A DNA stretch of 64,000 nucleotides, taken from assembly GCA_963727625.1 (NCBI GenBank), contig CAVSHR010000005.1, positions 864,001 to 928,000 of the forward strand, given 5' to 3'. The notes under the pieces were generated by a model, which was not told the DNA's origin, did no database searches, and was given only the letters and a program-made list of their open reading frames with translations. This DNA comes from an uncultured delta proteobacterium. Its GTDB lineage: Bacteria; Desulfobacterota; Binatia; UBA9968. Positions 21,345 to 31,163 of this stretch are shown in pieces. A program made the position numbers and the translations under genes. Every line of letters begins with the position of its first letter. The stretch's first letter is position 1.

Positions 21345-22460
21345 CTAATCGCCGCGCGGCCAAATCGAAATGCTTTCCGGTTTGAGATCGAGAAAAACCT
21401 TGCCGCCCGGCTTCAGTTGGCGCGCTTCGGGTGAGCCTATAACGTGGCTTTCGTCTCCCAGGGTCACCGTATATTCGTAGCGGTCACCGAGAAACTGCAC
21501 CGACTGTAAAATGGATTCGACCCGGTTGATTTGGCCCTCGCGCCGCTCGGCCGACAAGCTGACCTGTTCCGGACGAATCGCCACCATCACGCCCTGCCCC
21601 ACCGCCGGAAAACCGTTGGCTGTCGAAGCGACGTTGCGGCGCTCGAGAATCAGTGGCGCGGCGGCGACCCCGGGAACTTCCACGTTGACCAGTTGCTCGG
21701 AAAGCGCGATCACTTTTCCCGGCAATAAAAAGGTCTTCCCCAAAAAATCGCGCACAAACGGGGTGGCTGGATGATAGTAAACTTCCTCCGGCGTACCCAC
21801 CTGTTCGAGCACGCCGAATTTCATGATCGCGATGCGGTCCGACAGGCTCAGCGCTTCGATCTGGTCGTGGGTGACAAAGATCACCGTCACGTTGACTCGT
21901 TGTTGCAAAGCCTTTAATTCCCGGCGCATCTCTTCGCGCAGTTGCGCGTCGAGATTGCTCAGCGGTTCATCGAGCAGCAGGACCTTGGGCGAGAAAACCA
22001 GGGCGCGCGCCAGCGCGACGCGCTGCTGCTGCCCGCCGCTCAGCGCCGGCGCCGGACGCTCTTCGAGCCCGGACAGGCCTACTAGATTGAGCACCTCGGC
22101 CACCTTGGCCCTAATCTCGGCTCGGCTGGTGCCGCGAAGCTTGAGCGGATAGGAAACATTTTCGAACACCGTCATGTGCGGCCAGAGCGCGTAGGACTGA
22201 AACACCATGCCCATGTCGCGCTTTTCCGGCTTGATGTAGATTTTTTCGTCGGGACTCGCCAGACAGCGCTCGCCCAGATAGATCGCGCCGCCGTCGGGCT
22301 TTTCCAGGCCGCCGACCATGCGCAGGGTGGTCGTCTTGCCGCAGCCGCTCGAGCCGAGCAAGGTGAAAAACTCCCCTTCGGCGATTTCCAGATTGATCCG
22401 GTTGACCGCGACCACACGGTCGAAGCTCTTGGTGAGATTTTCAATGCGCAATAAACCCAC
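21345..22460 (-). CDS. ABC transporter ATP-binding protein (FbpC/PotA-like, TOBE domain)
   Basis: GSSGCGKT, LSGGQ and LLLDEP motifs. Confidence 0.95.
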   Translation of the reverse strand: MGLLRIENLTKSFDRVVAVNRINLEIAEGEFFTLLGSSGCGKTTTLRMVGGLEKPDGGAIYLGERCLASPDEKIYIKPEKRDMGMVFQSYALWPHMTVFENVSYPLKLRGTSRAEIRAKVAEVLNLVGLSGLEERPAPALSGGQQQRVALARALVFSPKVLLLDEPLSNLDAQLREEMRRELKALQQRVNVTVIFVTHDQIEALSLSDRIAIMKFGVLEQVGTPEEVYYHPATPFVRDFLGKTFLLPGKVIALSEQLVNVEVPGVAAAPLILERRNVASTANGFPAVGQGVMVAIRPEQVSLSAERREGQINRVESILQSVQFLGDRYEYTVTLGDESHVIGSPEARQLKPGGKVFLDLKPESISIWPRGD

Positions 22461-22484
22461 GTACGGCTCCCTGAATGAAGATGA

Positions 22485-24221
22485 TTACTCGGCCCGGATA
22501 CCGACCTTGAGGCCAAACGAGCGCGCGATGATGGCGAGGCCCAAAGTGAGCAGCGTGATCAGAATGATGGTGATGCTGGCGACCTCCCGGTAACCCGCGG
22601 CAACCTGGTCGAGCGCGAGCAGCGACAAAGTCCGAGTCTCCGAAGTCGCCAGCAAAATAATCGCCGAGTTGTGCTGCGCCGCGAACATGAATTTGATGAC
22701 CCCCACCAGCACCATCGTCTGCGCCATCAACGGGAATACGACGCGCAAGTAAGTGCGCCAAAAACCGGCGCCGGACATGCGCGAAGCCTCTTCGAGCTCT
22801 TTGCCGAGCTGGAGAAAGTTCGCCTTGAGAATCTGCGTGGCCAGGGTGACCCCGCCGAGCACCTGGGCGATGACCAGCAGCACGAGGGTGCCGTAAAACG
22901 GCCGGAAAAACGGCGTGCCGAGAAACATCCACAAAAGCCCGAGGCCGGACAACACTCCGGGAATCGCCGACGGCAGCCAGCAAATCGAGTCGAGCACCGA
23001 GCGGCCGGGAAGCTTGGTTCGCACCAGGACGTAGCCTATTAATGAAAAGGCCAGCGCGCCGAACACGCCGGCGCTCACCGCGACGATCAAGGTGTTCTGC
23101 AGCCCCTGGATGATGCGCGGATCCTTGAGCGCGGCAATCCAGTATTCCAGGGTCCAGGTCTTGGGTAGATGGAAGAAGCCGAACCGGGTCATGAAGCTGC
23201 CGCCGAGCACGCTCAGGAGCGGCACCACGTCGAGGATGAAAATCACCAGCGCGACAAACGCGGTGGCGGGATAACGCCACACGCCCAGATCGACGGTCTT
23301 GGTTTTGAAATGGCCGGTTACCGTGGTGAACTGCCGGCGCGTGATCAGCCGGCGCTGCAGCGGAATGAAAGCGACCAGGAAGACCAGAATAACGCTGCCC
23401 AGCGCCGCGGCTTGATTGACCAGGGGCGGCTCCTGGCGCGCCAGATCGACAATCTTGGTCGAATAAACGTAGAAGCTCCAGGGCACGCCGAGCAATAGCT
23501 CGATCTCAAAGCTGCTGAAGATGCGGATCACGCTTAACAGGAAAACCACCACGATCACCGGCGTCATGGCCGGCACCGTGATCCGTAACAGCGTGGTAAA
23601 GGCGTTGGCTCCCGACATCCGGCTCGCCTCTTCCATCGAGGCGTCCATGCGCCGAAACGCCGGGGTCAAAAGCATGACCTTGGTGGATATGCCGTGGCTG
23701 ACCAGATGCACCCAAATGATCCCGGCAAACGAATAGATGTCGAAATTGAGACCGCTCAAAAACGGCACATCACGCAACCACGAGTTGATCAATCCCGTGC
23801 TCGGGTCGAGCATCAGCATCCAGCCAAAGGTGGTCGCCAGGCCGGGGAGGAAAAAAGATATCCAGAAGCCGAACTCCAGCGCGTTGCCAAATAAAATGTT
23901 GGTGCGCGCTAAAAGCCAGGAGACAAAAATCCCCAGCGGCAGGGAGACCACCTGCAAGACCACACCGATCTTTATGCTGTGCCATAGCGAGCGCCAGATG
24001 CCCGGCTCGCTGAACGCTTCGCGCCAGGCCCCTAACCCATAGACCGGCGGCTCGGCGATCGTCGCCGTATTGAAGCTGTTGATGATGATCAACGCCAACG
24101 GATAGATGACATAGAACCCCATGAAGCCGATCAACAGCGCCATCAGCGCCGTCCCGCCGTCCAGCGGCGGCAGCCAGCTCCGCGCCGGTAACGCGCCAGT
24201 TACGCTTTCGGTCTTTGCCAT
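22485..24221 (-). CDS. ABC permease, fused two-domain (FbpB-like)
   Basis: Two EAA loops (EEASRMSGA twice); about 12 TM segments. Confidence 0.94.
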   Translation of the reverse strand: MAKTESVTGALPARSWLPPLDGGTALMALLIGFMGFYVIYPLALIIINSFNTATIAEPPVYGLGAWREAFSEPGIWRSLWHSIKIGVVLQVVSLPLGIFVSWLLARTNILFGNALEFGFWISFFLPGLATTFGWMLMLDPSTGLINSWLRDVPFLSGLNFDIYSFAGIIWVHLVSHGISTKVMLLTPAFRRMDASMEEASRMSGANAFTTLLRITVPAMTPVIVVVFLLSVIRIFSSFEIELLLGVPWSFYVYSTKIVDLARQEPPLVNQAAALGSVILVFLVAFIPLQRRLITRRQFTTVTGHFKTKTVDLGVWRYPATAFVALVIFILDVVPLLSVLGGSFMTRFGFFHLPKTWTLEYWIAALKDPRIIQGLQNTLIVAVSAGVFGALAFSLIGYVLVRTKLPGRSVLDSICWLPSAIPGVLSGLGLLWMFLGTPFFRPFYGTLVLLVIAQVLGGVTLATQILKANFLQLGKELEEASRMSGAGFWRTYLRVVFPLMAQTMVLVGVIKFMFAAQHNSAIILLATSETRTLSLLALDQVAAGYREVASITIILITLLTLGLAIIARSFGLKVGIRAE

Positions 24222-24305
24222 AGAGTAATGCGCTGGAAGCGCCCGCGAGTTCTATCGTCGTTGCGCCGTGAATTCAAGCGAGCTATCGACTCGGTCTCCT
24301 GCAAT

Positions 24306-25406
24306 CTATTTATCCGTGCAGCCCGGGTGGTACGGCATGTTGCAATGCGCGCCGACTTTTTTCATCGCCGCTTCGAACTCTTTGTGAATCTGCGGATTCT
24401 CGTCTTCAAACTCAATCTGGCCGCCGCCCTCCTTGATGCTCGTATAAGTGCCGCCTTCGCCGTCCTGCATGCGCATGAAGCGAAACTTCCAGCTGCCCCA
24501 GCGCAGCGCTAGATAGCGCGCCGGCGTGGAGCCGGAATTGAAATGCTGGTGGAACCACTGATCCGGCGGCACCACCACGCTGCCCGGCCTCCAGTCGACC
24601 CGCTGGATCGCCTCGCCTTCCGGCCACAGCACCGAATAGCCCTGGCCGCCGAGAATTATCACATGCGCGCCGGGACCATGCTTGTGACCCTTCTTATATG
24701 TCCCGACCGGAAACTCCGAGATATGGGCGCACATGGTCTGGCCGGCGAGATTGAACTTCATGTTGGTGCTGCCCTTGCCGCGTTCGCTGTAGTCGGCCAG
24801 GCCGATGCTGTGGGTGTCGGGCACGAAGTTGGTCGTCATGAAGAAACGGCCGGTGACTTCGCCCTGGCCGCTGAAGTAGCCTTCGGTGGCGGGATCGAAA
24901 CGGTCGGTAAACGCGAAATCGTCGCCGAAAATAAAATCGACATTGTGAAACAAATTCATCATGAAACAGGAATTGGTCACGGCGAAATAGCGCGCCGTCT
25001 CGGTACCGCTGGCGTTGAAATGTTGATAGTGCGCGTTGATCGGCACGGCGAACAAACTGCCCGGTCCCCATTCAAAAGTGTGTTTCTTGCCGTCTTTCTG
25101 CCACACCGAGGTCGCGCCGTAGCCCTTGGTCACATAAACCATTTCTTCGTAAAGATGCTTCTGCGCCTTGGTCTTGCCGGCGGCAGGAATCTCGCAAACG
25201 TAGCCGTCGTTGATGCCGCCCGTGCCGTCGAGCACGACGAAGGAACAAGGCACCCCCTTCAAATCCCAGGGTTCGACCTCGACCTTGTTCAAGTCTTCGA
25301 CAAAAAAGCCGCGCACCACGGGGATCTTCTGCGCTGCCTGCCAGTTCTTATAAGTATCGATGCGCGCGGGTTTAAGATCCGCTGCTTGCTGTTGAGATTC
25401 CGCCAC
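24306..25406 (-). CDS. Bicupin protein (gentisate 1,2-dioxygenase-like)
   Basis: QKHLYEE...YQHFN and GHKHGPG...FHQHFN cupin motifs. Confidence 0.88.
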   Translation of the reverse strand: MAESQQQAADLKPARIDTYKNWQAAQKIPVVRGFFVEDLNKVEVEPWDLKGVPCSFVVLDGTGGINDGYVCEIPAAGKTKAQKHLYEEMVYVTKGYGATSVWQKDGKKHTFEWGPGSLFAVPINAHYQHFNASGTETARYFAVTNSCFMMNLFHNVDFIFGDDFAFTDRFDPATEGYFSGQGEVTGRFFMTTNFVPDTHSIGLADYSERGKGSTNMKFNLAGQTMCAHISEFPVGTYKKGHKHGPGAHVIILGGQGYSVLWPEGEAIQRVDWRPGSVVVPPDQWFHQHFNSGSTPARYLALRWGSWKFRFMRMQDGEGGTYTSIKEGGGQIEFEDENPQIHKEFEAAMKKVGAHCNMPYHPGCTDK

Positions 25407-25475
25407 CGACGGCCCTCCCTAAATATTCGAAGCTAGAGGAATAGCTCCTGTCCGACACGATCGGCGATCCGAGCG

Positions 25476-26579
25476 CTATTTCTGCGTGCACCCCGGGTGA
25501 TAGGGCATATTGCATTTCGCGCCGGCGGCTTTCATCGCCGCTTCGAAGTCTTTGTGGATTTGCGGATCTTCGTCTTCGAACTCGATCTGGTTGCCGCCGA
25601 GTTTCAAGCTCGTGTAAGTGCCGCCTTCGCCATCCTGTGAGCGCATGAATCGATAGCGCCAGTTGTTCCAGCGCAGAGCCAGATAGCGCGCCGGCGCGGC
25701 GCCGGAATTAAAATGCTGATGAAACCATTGATCCGGCGGCACCACCACGCTACCCGGCCCCCAATCGACACGCTCGGTCGGCTCGCCGTCTTTCCACAGG
25801 ATCGAATAACCTTGGCCGGAAAGAATAATGACATGGGCGCCAGGACCATGGCGATGGCCTTTCTTGTAAGTGCCCACCGGAAACTCCGAGATATGCGCGC
25901 CCATGGTATTGCGCGCCAGATCGAACTTCATGTTGGTGCTGCCCTTGCCGCGCTCGCTGTAGTCCGTGAGCTTGATGGTGTGCGTGTCCGGCACGAAGTT
26001 GGTCGTCATGAAGAAACGGCCGGTGATCTGCCCCTCGCCGTTGAAGTAACCTTCGGTGTGCGGATCGAAGCGGTCGGTAAAAACATAATCGCTGTTAAAG
26101 ATGTAATCGGCATTGTGGAATAGGTTCATCATGAAACAAGAGTTGGTCACCGCGAAATAACGCGCAGCTTCACTGCCACTAGCGTTAAAGTGTTGGTAGT
26201 CGGCATTGATCGGAATCGCGAACATACTGCCCGGCCCCCACTCGAAAGTGTGTTTTTTCTTGCCGTCGCGCTGCCATACCGTGGTCGCGCCGTAGCCTTT
26301 GGAGACGTAGACCATCTCTTCGTACATATGTTTCTGGGGCGTGGTCTTGCCGCCGGCGGGTATCTCGCAAACGTAGCCATCGTTGGTGCCGCCGGTGCCG
26401 TCGAGCACGACGAAGGAACAAGGCACGCCTTTTAAATCCCAATGCTCCACGGGCACCTGATTGACGTCCTTTACAAAGAAACCGCGAATGCAAGGAATCT
26501 TCTGCTCCGCCTGCCACACTTTATAAGTATCGAGCCGCTCCGGTTTAAGGTCGGACGCTTGCTGTGGAGATTGGGCCAT
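25476..26579 (-). CDS. Bicupin protein, tandem paralogue of 24306-25406
   Basis: Same motifs; long identical stretches with its neighbour. Confidence 0.88.
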   Translation of the reverse strand: MAQSPQQASDLKPERLDTYKVWQAEQKIPCIRGFFVKDVNQVPVEHWDLKGVPCSFVVLDGTGGTNDGYVCEIPAGGKTTPQKHMYEEMVYVSKGYGATTVWQRDGKKKHTFEWGPGSMFAIPINADYQHFNASGSEAARYFAVTNSCFMMNLFHNADYIFNSDYVFTDRFDPHTEGYFNGEGQITGRFFMTTNFVPDTHTIKLTDYSERGKGSTNMKFDLARNTMGAHISEFPVGTYKKGHRHGPGAHVIILSGQGYSILWKDGEPTERVDWGPGSVVVPPDQWFHQHFNSGAAPARYLALRWNNWRYRFMRSQDGEGGTYTSLKLGGNQIEFEDEDPQIHKDFEAAMKAAGAKCNMPYHPGCTQK

Positions 26580-26613
26580 TTAGATTGTCCCCTTCAATAG
26601 ACTGATTTCGAAT

Positions 26614-27786
26614 CTAAGCCACCTTCTGCGGCGGCCGCTCGCCGAACAGGCCGATTCGCTCGTTGATCACATCGAGTTCGATCAGCCGATTCCTGACCGG
26701 ATCACGCACCAAGCCCATCGGCTCGCCGCCTTTTCCAACGATGTCGATCTGCTCGTGCAAGATTTTTCTCAGCAGGATGATTCCCTCGTCGCCGACCCCG
26801 AGGTGCTCCTGGGTGCGATCGGTGGGCGCCCCTTGGGTTTCCCAGGCCATCGCATCCTGGACGAGAACTTGATCCAAGCGATACTCGCCGTGTTCGTCGC
26901 GGATCGGGAAATACTCCCAGGGCGTATCGCCGTCGGCCGGCGATCGATCCGTATCGTTGGGCGTGAAATAGACCACGAAGACCTGGGTGTGCGCATCGTC
27001 CACCGGCACGCGAATTTGCAGATTATGGAGCAGGTTGCCGCTCAACAGCCGGTCGCGAAACACATGGCGCAAAGTGATCGGGAAGAGCAGTGGATGCTGG
27101 TCGACAACCGGAGGATCGCCGGCCTTTTTGCCGGGCGTGACGCGCCGCTTGAAAATGCCGAACTCGAAGGGGATGAATTTGTGATCTTCCTCGTAATGGT
27201 CCACCGTGGGCGCCAAATGGGCGGTCTCGCCGTGGAGCCAATACAGGTGCGACGGGTCCACGGAGTTCTCCATCGGCTGGAGCCAATTACAGTTGTAGAT
27301 TTCATGCTTCTGGACCAGGCGCTTACCATTTTCCCAGCTGAGCACGTCCCAGCGCGGCAATAGCGGCCTCGGCTCCGGGCCCATATAGGTCCAGATCAAT
27401 CCGCCCAAGCGTTCGGCGGGGTACGCCGTGTGTTTAATTTTTTCCTTAAATCCACCGTCGGCGGGCTCGGCGGGCTGCTCCAAGCACTTGCCCCTGCCAT
27501 CGAACTTCCAGCCATGATACGGGCAGCGAATACCTTCTTTGTCCACGCGGCCAAACGCCAGTGACGCCTTGCGGTGCGGGCATTGCTCGCCCACCACGCC
27601 GTAGCGGCCCGACTGATCACGATAGACAACGAGATCCTCGCCCAGTATTCGCGCAGACTTGATCGGCTTCTTCTCTGTCAATTCACCAGCGCAGGCAATC
27701 GGCATCCAGTAGCGGCGCAATAACTCGCCGCAAGGCGTGCCGCGCCCGACACTGGTGAGCCGCTTGTTTTCTTCGTGCGTCAGCAT
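26614..27786 (-). CDS. Rieske oxygenase alpha subunit
   Basis: CPH...CPYH ligands; ENSVDPSHLYWLH. Confidence 0.93.
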   Translation of the reverse strand: MLTHEENKRLTSVGRGTPCGELLRRYWMPIACAGELTEKKPIKSARILGEDLVVYRDQSGRYGVVGEQCPHRKASLAFGRVDKEGIRCPYHGWKFDGRGKCLEQPAEPADGGFKEKIKHTAYPAERLGGLIWTYMGPEPRPLLPRWDVLSWENGKRLVQKHEIYNCNWLQPMENSVDPSHLYWLHGETAHLAPTVDHYEEDHKFIPFEFGIFKRRVTPGKKAGDPPVVDQHPLLFPITLRHVFRDRLLSGNLLHNLQIRVPVDDAHTQVFVVYFTPNDTDRSPADGDTPWEYFPIRDEHGEYRLDQVLVQDAMAWETQGAPTDRTQEHLGVGDEGIILLRKILHEQIDIVGKGGEPMGLVRDPVRNRLIELDVINERIGLFGERPPQKVA

Positions 27787-27795
27787 GCTGCTTCC

Positions 27796-28926
27796 CTATT
27801 TCTTTTCAATACCCGCCATGATCTTTTTCGCCAGATCGAAAATCGGTTTCATATCGCCGTATTCCGGCTTGACCACGTCGAAATATTTAACGCCTGGCTG
27901 CATCCGGTTATCCGGCGGAATTTCGTCCTTGGGAATATCGATGCGCCGGGAGTTCGCCGGATCGTCCGGATCCCCCAACTTTTGCAGCGCCATCTGTCCC
28001 TTGCGCGACAGAAACCAGTTGAGAAAGACCTTGGCGGCATTGGGATGAGGCGCCTGATTCAGCAAGCTCACCGACCCGCCGCCCGCGGAAAAACTCGAAC
28101 CTTCTTTCCACCGGGTGGTGTCGAAGTCATCCACCGGCAAGCCCTGGTGCTTGGCGCGCATGGAATCCTTGCAGCCCATGCAAATAGCAAATTTCCCTTG
28201 CGCTAGCCAGTCCGTCATCTGACGGAAATTTTTCGCGTAGGTAATCTCCATGCCGCCGAAGAGCTTTTTCATGAACTCGGCGCCGATTTCCGGGCTGTAA
28301 TAGTAAAACTGCATGGTCGCACCCAAGCCGGTGTCGCGCGGATCGAGGGAGACGATCTTACCTTTCCACTTGGGATTCAAGACATCCCAGTAGGATTTGA
28401 ACTCTTTGGGATCGACCAACTTGGTGTTGTAGGAGAGCTGGGCGTTGCTCGGGCTGGCGATGAACGCAAAAATATACTTGCCTTCCGGATCGGCGTAGCG
28501 CTGCTCGCCGCCGAACCATTTGGACGGGTCGACGACTTCGGGAAGAATCAGCACCGGCTTCAAAGGATCGAGGACCTTCCCTTTATAGAGCGTATTATAA
28601 AGACTGTTCGTGCCGCCGCTATAGACATCGGCGATAAACTTGCCGGCGCGGCGTTCGGCGATGATCCGATGGGTCAGCTGGCTGCCTCGTCCGGTGACCG
28701 AAACGACGTTGATCCCCGGAAAATCGCGTTTGAAGCCGCGCAACAGCGCTTCATAGCGATAAATATAGACGGTGACCTGCCCTTCTTTTCGCGCCGCCGC
28801 CAGGGTTTGCTCCCAGTCCTTTTTCCAGTCCGCTGGCGCGGCGAGCACGCTCGTCGACACGAAAAGCAGGACCAAGCCGGTCAAAAATGAAACGAGTTTG
28901 CTTGTGTATTGATTGCCCATGCCCAT
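27796..28926 (-). CDS. Extracellular solute-binding protein (Fe3+/SBP_bac_6-like)
   Basis: Signal peptide; AARKEG, PKWKGKI and APHPNAAK motifs. Confidence 0.9.
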   Translation of the reverse strand: MGMGNQYTSKLVSFLTGLVLLFVSTSVLAAPADWKKDWEQTLAAARKEGQVTVYIYRYEALLRGFKRDFPGINVVSVTGRGSQLTHRIIAERRAGKFIADVYSGGTNSLYNTLYKGKVLDPLKPVLILPEVVDPSKWFGGEQRYADPEGKYIFAFIASPSNAQLSYNTKLVDPKEFKSYWDVLNPKWKGKIVSLDPRDTGLGATMQFYYYSPEIGAEFMKKLFGGMEITYAKNFRQMTDWLAQGKFAICMGCKDSMRAKHQGLPVDDFDTTRWKEGSSFSAGGGSVSLLNQAPHPNAAKVFLNWFLSRKGQMALQKLGDPDDPANSRRIDIPKDEIPPDNRMQPGVKYFDVVKPEYGDMKPIFDLAKKIMAGIEKK

Positions 28927-28995
28927 CCTTTATCTAAAAACATCTAGGATAACAAAGCTACCGCCTTCAAGGTCAAGGTCAATGGATGATTCCGT

Positions 28996-29991
28996 TTAAG
29001 TTTTCTGCTCGTATAGCTTGTCGATAAACCCCGATTGATCGAGGGTCCGCAAATAGTGCAAGTCCCACAACGCCATCGGGCTCTGCTCCTCGGTTTCCGG
29101 GTTTTTCATACAGCAAAGCTTGTAGGCATTCGCGACGGCTTCGTGCTCCGGATACGGTTTCGGCAGAAGCTTTGCCACACTGCGGTATTGCACGTTCTGA
29201 CATTCAGGCACGCGCCGGCGCAGATCGTCGAGAATCTGTTCCGTCTCGCCGCGGCGCACGCGCGCGAAATGGATACCCATCACCTGGGCCTTCACCAGCC
29301 GCTCGGCCAAGCCTTCTTTGCTTTGCAAGGTGGTGATCGTCGTCGTCAACGTGGGCCCGTTGATCATCGGCAGCCGATCGAGCGTCAAGATCTTCATGCC
29401 CGCTTCTTCGAACTTCTCCGTGTTGCCCGTGACGAAGATTGCGTCGACCTTTTTCGTCCGCAACACATCCAACTGCATCGCCCGGAACTCGTTATTGGAC
29501 TCGGTCAGCTCGACGAATTCGACTTCGTCGAGCCGCAGCCCGCCGCGCATGACGTAAAGCATGTGGTTGCCCCGCGGATGATGGTAACCGCCGATGGAAT
29601 CGACCAGCGTGGTGTCGCCGATCCGCTTGCCTTTCAGTTCCGACAACTGTTTTATTGGAAAATTTGCTACGAGCCGGTCGTTGGTAGAGTTGGAAGGCGA
29701 GGTTAAACAAACGATCGGCTTGCCGCGCCTCACCAAGAGATAGGGCGAAATATGATTGCCCGAGACGAAATCGACGTCGCCGCCGAAGAGCGCCTTTTCC
29801 GCGGCCTCCGAGCTATCGCAGAACTCAAAAGTCACCTTGAGCCCCGCCTGCTCCCAGACGCCGGCCTTGTCCATCACTTCCCAAATCGGCAAGTGGGAAT
29901 GCGATCGATAGAAGCCGCGGATACTCATCGTTGGGCGATCAGACATGTTGGGCTCTCCGTGGATCGTCCGATTCTCGCTTGGTTGCGCCAT
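28996..29991 (-). CDS. Signal-less NMT1/THI5-fold protein
   Basis: ELKGKRIG motif and C-terminal LDQSGFID as in SBPs; no hydrophobic leader; His-rich motifs. Confidence 0.78.
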   Translation of the reverse strand: MAQPSENRTIHGEPNMSDRPTMSIRGFYRSHSHLPIWEVMDKAGVWEQAGLKVTFEFCDSSEAAEKALFGGDVDFVSGNHISPYLLVRRGKPIVCLTSPSNSTNDRLVANFPIKQLSELKGKRIGDTTLVDSIGGYHHPRGNHMLYVMRGGLRLDEVEFVELTESNNEFRAMQLDVLRTKKVDAIFVTGNTEKFEEAGMKILTLDRLPMINGPTLTTTITTLQSKEGLAERLVKAQVMGIHFARVRRGETEQILDDLRRRVPECQNVQYRSVAKLLPKPYPEHEAVANAYKLCCMKNPETEEQSPMALWDLHYLRTLDQSGFIDKLYEQKT

Positions 29992-30012
29992 CCCCGATGC
30001 GACACCCCCGGT

Positions 30013-31149
30013 CTATTTTTTAGCTTGATTTAGCGTTTCTTTGATGAAACTTCGAATTTGACTCATATCCATCCATTCGGCCCGGTCAACGATCGGATAG
30101 CGATTCGGGTCCGATTGCGGCCGGCGATTGCCGCGCGGCACTTTGTCTTTCGGGATGTCGATCCGCAAAGAATCCGGACCGTCGTTGCCGTGGGTGAAAA
30201 TGGTTTGATAGGCGATTTGCCCCTCGCGCGATAACAGCCAATTCAGCGCAACCTTGGCCGCGTTTTGATGCGGCGCCTTATTGATCAGCGCCACCCCGCC
30301 GGAGCCCGCGGTGATATAAGCGCCCTCTTTCAACTGCTCGGGATCGAACCAGCTCACCGGCAAGCCTTGGGTCTGCATCACGTCCAGATCCATGCGTGAA
30401 ATCGGCGCGAAAATGGACAGCGCGAATTTGCCTCCCGCCAGCCAATCGCCCATCTGGCGGGTATCCGTGCTGATCACCAAGTCCGTCTCCGTAAGAACCC
30501 GTCTGATGAATTCCTTGCCGAGGCTCTTGTTGTGATAGAAAAAGCGCATGGCGTCGCCGGCACCGCCGAGCCTGGGATCGTAGGCGACGATCTTGCCCTT
30601 CCATCTCGGCTTGAGCACGTCCCAGTAAGACTTGATTTCAGCCGGTTTAACCAACTTGGTGTTGTAGGCCAGTACGATCCGAGTTTCACCGTTGAGATTG
30701 AACAAGTACCGGCTCTCCGGGTCGACGTAGTGATGCTTGCCTTGATACCACTTGCTGACATCGGTGACCTCCGGCAAGACCAGCAGCGGCGGAATCGGGT
30801 CCAGGACTTTGGCCTTATAAAACACGTTGTAACCGGTGGTCATGCCGTTGACATAGAGATCCGCCAGGTATTTTTCGCCGCGCCGTTCCGCCATAAAGCG
30901 CTTGGCGACATCGGCGCCCCGGCCAAAAATTCCCGTGACTTTAATCTCGGGATATTTTTTATGGAATTCGGCGAAGAGTTTTTCGAAATCGGCGCTGCCG
31001 TAGAGCACCAACTGCCCTTCTTTCTTTGCCGCTGCGACGGTTTTTTCCCAATCCGCCTTCCAGGAGTCGGCCGCCGCACCGTTGGCGGCGGCGGTCCAAA
31101 GCCCGAATAAAACGATTGCGGCGCCGACGAAATTTAATTTTTGTTTCAT
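30013..31149 (-). CDS. Extracellular solute-binding protein
   Basis: Paralogue of 27796-28926; signal peptide. Confidence 0.9.
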   Translation of the reverse strand: MKQKLNFVGAAIVLFGLWTAAANGAAADSWKADWEKTVAAAKKEGQLVLYGSADFEKLFAEFHKKYPEIKVTGIFGRGADVAKRFMAERRGEKYLADLYVNGMTTGYNVFYKAKVLDPIPPLLVLPEVTDVSKWYQGKHHYVDPESRYLFNLNGETRIVLAYNTKLVKPAEIKSYWDVLKPRWKGKIVAYDPRLGGAGDAMRFFYHNKSLGKEFIRRVLTETDLVISTDTRQMGDWLAGGKFALSIFAPISRMDLDVMQTQGLPVSWFDPEQLKEGAYITAGSGGVALINKAPHQNAAKVALNWLLSREGQIAYQTIFTHGNDGPDSLRIDIPKDKVPRGNRRPQSDPNRYPIVDRAEWMDMSQIRSFIKETLNQAKK

Positions 31150-31163
31150 TTGTTCTCCTCACT

